Below, one piece after another: positions 8,533-16,839 of a stretch of 64,000 bases of DNA. Numbering within the stretch: position 1 is the first letter of the stretch; each line of letters starts with the position of its first letter. The translations under genes and the position numbers were made by a program. This DNA comes from Candidatus Latescibacterota bacterium (GTDB taxonomy: Bacteria; Krumholzibacteriota; Krumholzibacteriia; WVZY01). Under the pieces are notes generated by a model. The model saw only the letters and a program-made list of their open reading frames with translations. It was not told where the DNA came from and made no database searches. Where the stretch lies: NCBI GenBank assembly GCA_963791045.1, contig CAWBQK010000011.1, forward strand, positions 128,001-192,000, given 5' to 3'.

Positions 8533-11286
8533 CTAGTTCCCCGTTACAAGAAGCGCCGTCTCCCTGACGACGGGGTGTGGATCCGTGGTTGAATCGACGA
8601 CCAATCGCCGAAGCGACTCCGGAGAGTCTTGCGTCGTACAGTAGATCGCACAGGACTTGAGCCACGGGTCGGTTCCGTTGACCAGGTGTTCGAGTGATTC
8701 ATTGACGTCTCTCAAGGACACGCCGAATAGTTCTCTGCCTTTTTGAATCTTCGCATCGGTGGTGATGTTGTCCATGATCGGGAACAGGTACTTTTTAAGA
8801 TCTTTTTTGAGGATATTGTCGAGGAACTCAACGGCACTCGCACGGATATCCTTCCTGGTACTCACGATTCCAAGATACGCGCTGTAAATTTCCCGCGCGT
8901 GAAAGCGAAGACCCAGAAGTCTGAATATCCGCTCGAGATTCTGATCTATCTTTTCTTCGAGGGCCTTAACGAGAAGCCTGCCTGCCGGAGTATCCGGATA
9001 GCCATCGACACTCAGGACCTGGAGAATCGTGTAGTAGGATCGGGTCTCGTCTATTAGCGTGTCGTTTATCGACTGGTGATCCATCTTGAGGTCGGCATAT
9101 CGGGAGTGCAGCGTATTGAGTGCCTTGATTATATAAAACTTGATTTCACCCTCGACCACGGGGAGAATCGTCGCGAGCGCGTCGACCGAAAACTGGCTCG
9201 GTATACGGCTCAGTACGCGGCAAAGCCGCCCGCGCAGCGGTACGGGGACGGTCCTGTCAACGATGTAATCGCCGAGGGTTCCGATCACACGTTCTCCATA
9301 AGCGACGAGCGCATCCTGAGCCGCGCGTCTGCTCCTCTTGTCGGACACGTGTTCGATGATGTGCTGCACATACTCGCGGTCGCCGGTTTTCCCCGCCGCA
9401 CGAATCGCGCGAGCCGTTACTTCTGGCGACGGGTCTTTCATCAATCTCAGGATGTGACCGCGAAAACCGGGCTTTGCCAGGTAGCCCAGCGCGTCGGCCA
9501 CCTGGCCCCTGACGAACACGCCGCTCTCGCCTTCGCTCTCCAGAAGCGCAGCTATGATGTCTTCGGTGACGAGGTTCCTCGCTTCGAGCGACGCGTCCTC
9601 AGCCGCACACCCGATGGCCGCGGCTCTTATACTCACGTCGGGGTCTTCGAGAAATGTCGCGAGGACATCGAGTTTTTCCGAACCGGCGTGCCGGCAAATA
9701 TAATTGATAGCGTCACGCTGTACTATTGGTGAATCGTCAGTGAGAAGTCCGCGCATCTCTTTTGTGAAATCACCATCCTGGTTCTGGAAAATCCGGGCGG
9801 CCCCGTGACGAACCAATTCCGACGGGTGGGCGAGGAGCGGTTTGATCGCGTCGACGATTTTCGGGTCGACTACATCGCCGAGCAGATCGAGCGCGTAAGC
9901 GATCTGGCGTTCGTTGTCACTTGCCAGCGATGATTCCAACGTTTTGAGTGTCGAGGCCTCGGTAATGTTGGTCCGGAGTTCCGCCGGATCGATTTCGCGC
10001 CGTTCGAGCGCTTTTCGGAACGCGTTGACATACTCCTTGCGGACGAGAAGAGTCAGCGCCAGCCAGATGGAGACAAATACCAGAACGACTATGCTGATCT
10101 CGCGAACGCCGAATGCGAGGACATTCACCAGGAGAAGCAAGATCAGACCGGCAATTCCTCTGAACCACCGATCGACAAACATATCGATAAAGATTTTTGT
10201 TCTCTTTTTGACCTCGAGAGGGACGGGGAGAAAGAGAAGTTCACGCCCCGTCTTATCGATCGAGTATCTAAACACGCCGTCCGACCCTTTGACAAGAATT
10301 CCCGCGAGGAGCCCCGGATAGATGAGCATCGCGATGGTTCCGCCAAGAAGACCGAGCGGGAGAAACATAATGACGCCACCCACGCCAAGCACCCTGAGCA
10401 CCCGGTAGCTGAAGAGCAGTTGAAAAACAAACGCGAGCAGACTCAAGCGGCCGTAAAACTGGCCGAGAAACGATGTGAGTTCCTGTTTTGTGGGAAAGGC
10501 CTCGAGTGAGACCGTTTTGAACTGAAAGTCGACAAAGGTTCCGGTCGCCATGGTCATTGCGATGATGCCGACGATGAGCATCAGGTGACGCGATCTTTTG
10601 AGCGTCCGGAATATTTCCGCGTAGCTCTCCTTCTTCTCGTCTCTGTCCCTGCTCCGCGTGGGGCGGGGGAGTTCATGTTCACCGCGGCGCTTGAGTGTCC
10701 AGACGGCATTGACCAGCAGCATGCAGACGGCCAGAAACACCATACAGAAAAAGAGGAGATTTTCGGTCGATACATTCAGATGAGTGATGACCAGGCTTGT
10801 GATTTCACCGCCCGAGAACGCGCCAATGATACCGCCGAGGCCAAAAAGAACGAACAACCGTTTGGCCTGTGTCGCGTCGAAAACGGCATTGGCGAACAGC
10901 CAAAACTGCGAGGTGGAGAGCGCCCCGTAGATGCTTACCCACACATAAAAGAGATAGAACACCCACGGCTCTTGAAAGGTGAGAAGCCATCTCAATATGA
11001 ACAAGTTGACGATCAGTATCAGCGCCGTGGCGTTTATCAGCTGGTTGAGTTTGAGCGATCGGCTGGCGCGAGAGTAAAGCGTGGTCACCGGAACGACTAT
11101 TACCGCGATCAGAATAAAAACGAGCGGGAGCTGATGCGCTCCGAGTTTGACGAGAAAGAGGCTGTCCCTCGCTGGTTTCAAGAAGTAATAGGTGACGAGG
11201 AGCAGGTAGTAATAAAAGAACATCAGGAGAGTCAGTGTGACCTCTCCCTTTCGGATGTCGATTATCGAGGCAAAGAAGCGTTTCAT
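8533..11286 (-). CDS. NTT (Npt1/TLC ATP/ADP-translocase-like) MFS transporter fused to HEAT repeats
   Basis: YFLKPARDSLFL, QFWLFAN..FD..QAKRLF, RYSIDKTGRELLFLP, K.FID.FVDR; C-terminal HEAT repeats (LAHPSELVR, DDSPIVQR, DPDVSIR, DPHPVVRETA). Confidence 0.85.
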   Translation of the reverse strand: MKRFFASIIDIRKGEVTLTLLMFFYYYLLLVTYYFLKPARDSLFLVKLGAHQLPLVFILIAVIVVPVTTLYSRASRSLKLNQLINATALILIVNLFILRWLLTFQEPWVFYLFYVWVSIYGALSTSQFWLFANAVFDATQAKRLFVLFGLGGIIGAFSGGEITSLVITHLNVSTENLLFFCMVFLAVCMLLVNAVWTLKRRGEHELPRPTRSRDRDEKKESYAEIFRTLKRSRHLMLIVGIIAMTMATGTFVDFQFKTVSLEAFPTKQELTSFLGQFYGRLSLLAFVFQLLFSYRVLRVLGVGGVIMFLPLGLLGGTIAMLIYPGLLAGILVKGSDGVFRYSIDKTGRELLFLPVPLEVKKRTKIFIDMFVDRWFRGIAGLILLLLVNVLAFGVREISIVVLVFVSIWLALTLLVRKEYVNAFRKALERREIDPAELRTNITEASTLKTLESSLASDNERQIAYALDLLGDVVDPKIVDAIKPLLAHPSELVRHGAARIFQNQDGDFTKEMRGLLTDDSPIVQRDAINYICRHAGSEKLDVLATFLEDPDVSIRAAAIGCAAEDASLEARNLVTEDIIAALLESEGESGVFVRGQVADALGYLAKPGFRGHILRLMKDPSPEVTARAIRAAGKTGDREYVQHIIEHVSDKRSRRAAQDALVAYGERVIGTLGDYIVDRTVPVPLRGRLCRVLSRIPSQFSVDALATILPVVEGEIKFYIIKALNTLHSRYADLKMDHQSINDTLIDETRSYYTILQVLSVDGYPDTPAGRLLVKALEEKIDQNLERIFRLLGLRFHAREIYSAYLGIVSTRKDIRASAVEFLDNILKKDLKKYLFPIMDNITTDAKIQKGRELFGVSLRDVNESLEHLVNGTDPWLKSCAIYCTTQDSPESLRRLVVDSTTDPHPVVRETALLVTGN

Positions 11287-12543
11287 CGTGACGAGTGCGC
11301 CGCAGTTGCGGGGATGATTATCTGTTCGATGAGTACGGCCGGAGTGTTTGACTTGTCCGGCACTTCATAAACATCGATAGTGATTGCCTCCGAGGATACC
11401 CGAACAAGGCAATAATTGTATACCACGTCTTGTTTTATGTTCGCCACATCAAACCCATATTCCATATAGGCCAGGGACTGCTCCGCCATTTGCTTTTCGT
11501 TGGCGCCGGGTTGAAGCGGTGAGCCCGCCCCACCGCTTATGAGGACGTGCATGTCCGCCGCGAGCGGAGTGTCGTCGACCGCATTCAAAACATTATGTTC
11601 GTAGAGGTGCTGGTGGCTCGAGATGACCGTCTGCACACCGTGCTCGACAAGAAGATCGATGAGCGCCCGGCGCTTCTCGACGATGTTCCTCCCGTTCGCC
11701 GGGTCCGTCCAGTTGCCGTAGTGCCCCGCGAATACCAATGGCGGATGGTGCATGACGATTACCTTGAATGTTTTGTGGCTTGCGGAAAGCTCATTCTCGA
11801 GCCACGCGGGTTCGCCGCCGCTGCTTACAAACCATTTCTCGAACAGCTCGTCCTGGAGATCGTCATCCATGAGCTGGTGTTGATCGATAATGATATCCGA
11901 ATCGACGACAAAGAAATCGGCGTCCGGGGTTTTAAAAACATAAAACGGCTCGTAATCAAAAACCGCTTTGTAATTGGGCATTCCATAAACCGAATCGTTT
12001 GCGTGTTCGTGATTCCCGATGACCGGCAAAAGCGGGTATTCGAGAACGAGCGGGACTTCGAACTTGTTCTGATCGATAAAAGATTTCCACATGTGAGGGT
12101 AACGGCCGTCGGTCGCGATGTCGCCGAGATGCATGATGAAATCAACAGAGGAGCGTTTCGCTTCAGAATAAACGGCGTCCCGCACACGGCGCGCCTGTTT
12201 ATCGCCGTAGTCGGGGACGTTACGGATACCGTTGACACCGCCGATGGCTCCGTTGCCCAGCCAGTACATCTGATAGACGGGAATCAGAATCTGCTTCCAT
12301 GTCCACCAGTTCTTTTTGCGGTAGAACGACTCCTTGACTCGCCAGCCGGGGCGGCTGTCCCCGTAGAAGATGAAGGTTGGATTGTGGGGAAGCGAATTGG
12401 TCTCCAACAGACGTGGTATCTCGTAATAGTCGGGGGAATACGTGTCGCTGAGCAGCCCTTTGCCGGCGACGGGCCGGCCCCCCCATCGCGGTGCAAACGC
12501 ATATGGTCATAATTATGAGACGTGTCGAGCCGGCGAGGGTCAT
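11283..12543 (-). CDS. Secreted calcineurin-like metallophosphoesterase; apparent frameshift in G7 tract near the 5' end
   Basis: GDSR, LGDI, GNHE, MHHP, SHQH motifs. ATG at 12543 has an AAAGGA SD and a signal-peptide-like start that joins the 11283-12407 frame if one G is removed at 12478-12484. Confidence 0.8.
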
Positions 12544-12739
12544 GGAAGTGTCCTTTCGTGGAGTCTTTTCACAATAATGACAACAGGATACGGCTGGTGC
12601 AACCCGATCTTGATAAAATCGTAGAAAATGGAGTATATTGGGTCGGTTCTGGGCGCCCCCCTTTTTGTGGGATTGTCAATCGATGCTCTGAATCTTCCTA
12701 TGTCCTATTTATTATAGATATATCTGATAAACAACCAAT

Positions 12740-13405
12740 ATGTCGTATGCCAGCGGCAGCCATCCGATTCTTCACAACCTTTTTGTCTTACCGAAGTCTA
12801 ACGATTTGACGTTGGGAAATAACTTGGTGGAACCTAGCGATCGAGAATTGGCATCCCGAGCCCAGAAGGGAGACACCGGTGCTTTTGAGGTGTTGGTACA
12901 TCGTTATGACGGAAAGGTGCTCTCGATCGCACATTCTTTTACCAACGACCCGGACGACGCGAAAGACATTTATCAGGAAGTATTCTTAAGGGTGTACAGG
13001 GCCCTTCCGGGGTTTCGGTTTGGAAGCGAATTTTCAACTTGGCTACACAGGATTGTCATGAACGTTTGTTTAAGTCATAAGAGAAAGAAGTCGGCCTCGT
13101 CTCATGCGCCGCTCGACGCCGTGCCCGAACGCGAGATCGATGAGGGCCAGGGCGGTCTTATCTCGGGATCGAGGACAATTTCTCCGGACCGGCTTGCGCA
13201 TGATGATGAAATCAGACGATACGTCAGCGCCGCGGTTGAAACGCTTTCACCAAAAGAGAAGCTTGTTTTTACGCTCAAGCATTTTGAGGGGTACAAGATC
13301 CGCGAGATAGCGGAAATCATGGGATGTGGTGAGGGGACGGCAAAGCGATACCTGTTCACCGCCGTTGAAAAAATGAGAAACAAACTCAAGAGAGTTTATC
13401 GTTAG
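12740..13405 (+). CDS. ECF-type sigma-70 factor
   Basis: GDTGAFEVLV, DAKDIYQEVF, FSTWLHRI, region-4 EIAEIMG; true start possibly 12824 or 12827. Confidence 0.92.
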   Translation: MSYASGSHPILHNLFVLPKSNDLTLGNNLVEPSDRELASRAQKGDTGAFEVLVHRYDGKVLSIAHSFTNDPDDAKDIYQEVFLRVYRALPGFRFGSEFSTWLHRIVMNVCLSHKRKKSASSHAPLDAVPEREIDEGQGGLISGSRTISPDRLAHDDEIRRYVSAAVETLSPKEKLVFTLKHFEGYKIREIAEIMGCGEGTAKRYLFTAVEKMRNKLKRVYR

Positions 13406-13424
13406 GAGCCCAAGAGGCAGACCG

Positions 13425-14450
13425 ATGAAACACGACACCTTCAAAGAATTGATGCGGCTGGCGGTTCTCGACGAGCTCGGCGAAGAGGGGCGGAAGTCTC
13501 TCGAGGGGCATCTCGATGATTGCGCCGAATGCAGAGCCGAGTTCGTGGAGCTCGAGTCGCTCGTGACATTGGTTGGGGAAAGCAGGGCAGCCGAACCATC
13601 AGATGAAATGTTGTGGGAGGCACGCCGGAATCTTAGCGCGGCGCTGGCGGATGAGCCCGTGCCTGGCGTTCAACCGGCGGAGTCGCTATTAAAACGTCTG
13701 ACGCAGGGCATGGCGTGGTCAGGTTCGCGCTCTGCTGTTTCCCCGACCTCTGGAGTTTCAAGCTGGGTCCGCGGTTTCCGCGTGACGTTTGCCGGTGCGG
13801 CGGCCGTGGCGGCCGGCGTTCTTATCGGGTATCTCGCCTTTGGGCGGGTGGCCCCCTCTGCCGTGGATCCGACGCCGGTTGAAACGACACAGCTGGACGA
13901 CCTATTGGGTAAACCAAATTACCGGAATGTGCGGTTCGTGAACGTCGATCCGCGCAATGGCGAAGTTGAGTTCGAGTACGATGTTGTAAGGCCCGCGCGG
14001 TTCAAGGCGGGGATTGATGACAAGCGGGTTCAGCGCCTGCTGGCCAACGTCGTGACAAGCGAAGGCAACCCGGGGGCGCGGCTGGAAGCGATCAACACCA
14101 TCGGGGCTTATATCGAAGAGCCCAAGGATGACAAGATCAAGCAGGCGCTCGTCCATGCAGCTCGATTCGACGCCAACCCGGGTGTGAGAAAGCACGCGTT
14201 GTACGTTCTCTATCAAATGCCATTCGATGACGATATAAAAGAAGCCTGCCTGCATGTTTTGGGCAATGACAATAATGCTGGGTTGCGGATTGCGGCGATA
14301 AACATCCTCGCCGCGGCGACCCTGGATGGACATCTCGAAAACCGGGATCTCTCCGACGCCGTCGGAGCAGACCTCGCGCGCGATGAGAACAAGTTTATCA
14401 AAACTCAGTACGGAGAGTTTCTACAGGAGGTGAACGGCAATGGTGAATAA
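13425..14450 (+). CDS. Zinc-finger (ZAS) anti-sigma factor with TM helix and C-terminal HEAT-like domain
   Basis: HLDDCAEC (HxxxCxxC); one TM; repeated NPG.R..A HEAT-like motifs; follows the ECF sigma. Confidence 0.8.
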   Translation: MKHDTFKELMRLAVLDELGEEGRKSLEGHLDDCAECRAEFVELESLVTLVGESRAAEPSDEMLWEARRNLSAALADEPVPGVQPAESLLKRLTQGMAWSGSRSAVSPTSGVSSWVRGFRVTFAGAAAVAAGVLIGYLAFGRVAPSAVDPTPVETTQLDDLLGKPNYRNVRFVNVDPRNGEVEFEYDVVRPARFKAGIDDKRVQRLLANVVTSEGNPGARLEAINTIGAYIEEPKDDKIKQALVHAARFDANPGVRKHALYVLYQMPFDDDIKEACLHVLGNDNNAGLRIAAINILAAATLDGHLENRDLSDAVGADLARDENKFIKTQYGEFLQEVNGNGE

Positions 14451-15591
14451 ACAGCTGCGATACGGTCTGATGATCGTCTCGGCGTTTGTCATCCTCGCGT
14501 TCGTTGCGGTAACGGCGGGCGATGCAGACACTAAAGACAAATCATTCCCCGTGAAGAAGGGTGGAACCCTTATCGTAGATATCGAGAATGCCGGCGCGGA
14601 TATTCTTGTCAACACGTGGAGCAAAGGTGAAGTCCACGTGCAGGTTATGGGAATTTCCGGCGACGATCTCGGCGATCTCGATATGAGTGAAAGCGGCAAC
14701 ACGGTAACCGTCGAGTTCTACGGAGAGGGCGGATGGGGTAGATCGCGTCAGATGCGGTTTACGATCAGTGTTCCCGAGGCTTTCAATCTCGATCTCTCGA
14801 CTTCGGGTGGCGACATCGTGGTCAGTGACCCGATAAAGGGCGATGTCGAAGCGGCGACTTCCGGTGGAGATGTCGAAGTCGATGTGGTTGATGGAAAGCT
14901 CAGACTTAAAACCTCGGGCGGCGATATTTCCGCTGAAGATGTTCTCCAGGACGCGTCGCTCAAGACTTCTGGCGGCGACATCGAAGTTGGAAACGTCAAA
15001 GGCGAACTCTCGGCGGCAACGGCCGGTGGTGATATCAATATCGGCACGGTTGATGCGGATCTCAGCGCCGCGACGGCGGGTGGCGACATTACAATCCTCA
15101 ATGTCGGCGGGAACGCGAAAATCGCGACGGCCGGCGGTGACATCGAGGTCGGCGAGGTTTCGGGGAGCGCCACTCTCAAGACGGCCGGAGGAGACATCGA
15201 ACTTGGCGGCGCGAGCGGAACGGTAGCGGCGAAGACGGCCGGTGGCGACATCGAATGTTTCAAGATCACCGGATCCGTTGATGCGGCGACCGCCGGCGGC
15301 GATGTCTACGCGGAGCTCGATCCCAAAGGGAACCAGGCGAGCAGTCTCGAGACCAGTGGTGGTGACGTGACGCTCGTGATACCCGCGGGAGCCGACGCGA
15401 CTATCGATGCGCGGATCCGTCTGCGGGGACGCCACTACGACGAAGAAGATTACGACATTACCTCGGATTTCAAGGCCAAGTCGCACGACAAGACTTCCAA
15501 GGATATCCAGGCGAGTTACGTGCTCGGAAAGGGTGGTCCGCGGATCACGCTGGACACCGTCAACGGCAACATTGAGATTAGGAAAAAGTAG
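14440..15591 (+). CDS. DUF4097-type beta-strand repeat (adhesin-like) exported protein
   Basis: Signal peptide; about ten T(S/A)GGD(I/V) repeats at ~19-aa spacing; ends TVNGNIEIRK. Confidence 0.85.
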   Translation: MVNKQLRYGLMIVSAFVILAFVAVTAGDADTKDKSFPVKKGGTLIVDIENAGADILVNTWSKGEVHVQVMGISGDDLGDLDMSESGNTVTVEFYGEGGWGRSRQMRFTISVPEAFNLDLSTSGGDIVVSDPIKGDVEAATSGGDVEVDVVDGKLRLKTSGGDISAEDVLQDASLKTSGGDIEVGNVKGELSAATAGGDINIGTVDADLSAATAGGDITILNVGGNAKIATAGGDIEVGEVSGSATLKTAGGDIELGGASGTVAAKTAGGDIECFKITGSVDAATAGGDVYAELDPKGNQASSLETSGGDVTLVIPAGADATIDARIRLRGRHYDEEDYDITSDFKAKSHDKTSKDIQASYVLGKGGPRITLDTVNGNIEIRKK

Positions 15592-15646
15592 CTGGTCCAA
15601 TTGACCAACGGAGAAGACGGGTCCGATGGGCCCGGAGACCAACCGG

Positions 15647-15679
15647 GAAGGGCGGCGCCACACGCGCCGCCCTTTCTTT
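15647..15679 (+). terminator. Intrinsic terminator after the sigma cluster
   Basis: AAGGGCGGCGC-cacac-GCGCCGCCCTT followed by TCTTT. Confidence 0.65.
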
Positions 15680-15731
15680 ACAAGGAGTTCGGCCACTTGT
15701 CATTGCGGCCGAAGTGTGCTTAGATTGACGG

Positions 15732-16835
15732 ATGCAAATCCAAATCCTGGTCGACTCCGGAGAGTTCTGGCAGAGTCTTAAGGAAGATATCCGCCGGGCG
15801 AAGCAGCACATCTATGTGCAAACACTCTCCTTTGAGGGAGACCGGGTCGGTTCCGGACTCGTGCAGTCGTTGATCTCCTCGGGCGCGGCGGATCGCAGAG
15901 TCCTTGCGGATGATTTCTTCACGCGTCACCGTATCAACGACAAACTTCTGTGTAACCCGAAAAACTGGTTCGACGCGAGTCTCCGTAAGGAACGCGACGA
16001 GACTTTTTCGCTCGTCGACGTGCTCGAATCAAACGGCTGCAAGTTCAAGCTCACCTGTCCGTCCGGTTTTCTTCTCTCGCGATTTCTCCATCGCAATCAC
16101 AAAAAGATCGTGGTCATAGACGATCGTGTCGCTTATATCGGCGGGATAAATTTTGCCGAACATAATTTCGAATGGCACGATATGATGCTTCGGATCGAGG
16201 ACCCCTCGGTCGCACGGTTTCTTCGCGATGATTTCTTGAAAACATGGGACGGCAAGGAGGAAGCCGCACACGGGCGCTACGGCGGTATCGATATGTTCGG
16301 TTTTGACGGGGCGACCAACGAGCGTGCGTTCGAGCCGATTCTTGAGATGATTGGCGGGGCAAAAGAATCGATATACGTGATGAGCCCGTATGTCACGTAT
16401 CCGTTTTTTGGGGCTTTTCGGCGGGCGGTGAAGAATGGGGCTCGCGTTACTCTGGTGGCTCCCGTGGAGAACAACTGGGCGTTCCTGAAGCAATACGCGA
16501 CATGGGAAAGCGCCCGGAGCGGAATCGATGTCTATTTGTATCCGGACGGAATGACTCATCTAAAAGCGATGCTTATCGACGACCGGCGCCTCGTTGTCGG
16601 CTCGTCAAATTTTGACTTTCTCAGTTGGCAATACATGCATGAAATCGTCACGGTTGTTGACGATGCCAATACAATTTCAGAATTTAAAAAGAGAATACTC
16701 ATCCCCGATCTCGAACGATCGACCTTGTACGAAGGCAGTGTGAGCAATATCACCGGCTGGTATCATCATATGTGTTTGAGGGGGCTCACCCGGCTGTATT
16801 CATCGTTGGCGTGGCTGTCAGCTATTGGGAGGTAA
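15732..16835 (+). CDS. Phospholipase D family (cardiolipin synthase-like) protein
   Basis: Two HxKxxxxD motifs (HKKIVVID, HLKAMLID) with GGIN and GSSNFD. Confidence 0.88.
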   Translation: MQIQILVDSGEFWQSLKEDIRRAKQHIYVQTLSFEGDRVGSGLVQSLISSGAADRRVLADDFFTRHRINDKLLCNPKNWFDASLRKERDETFSLVDVLESNGCKFKLTCPSGFLLSRFLHRNHKKIVVIDDRVAYIGGINFAEHNFEWHDMMLRIEDPSVARFLRDDFLKTWDGKEEAAHGRYGGIDMFGFDGATNERAFEPILEMIGGAKESIYVMSPYVTYPFFGAFRRAVKNGARVTLVAPVENNWAFLKQYATWESARSGIDVYLYPDGMTHLKAMLIDDRRLVVGSSNFDFLSWQYMHEIVTVVDDANTISEFKKRILIPDLERSTLYEGSVSNITGWYHHMCLRGLTRLYSSLAWLSAIGR

Positions 16836-16839
16836 CATC

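Noticed and set aside
8006-8665. Frameshifted NTT-HEAT-cNMP fusion
   Set aside because: The NTT gene ends cleanly after its last HEAT repeat, and the cNMP ORF has its own SD and ATG at 8455
12712-12730. AGATATATCT palindrome in the divergent region before the ECF sigma
   Set aside because: Short, AT-rich and single-copy; cannot be distinguished from chance
14800-15370. CRISPR-like periodic repeats (GGCGGCGACATC-type, ~57-bp period)
   Set aside because: They are degenerate in-frame T(S/A)GGDI protein repeats, not identical repeats with spacers; no cas genes
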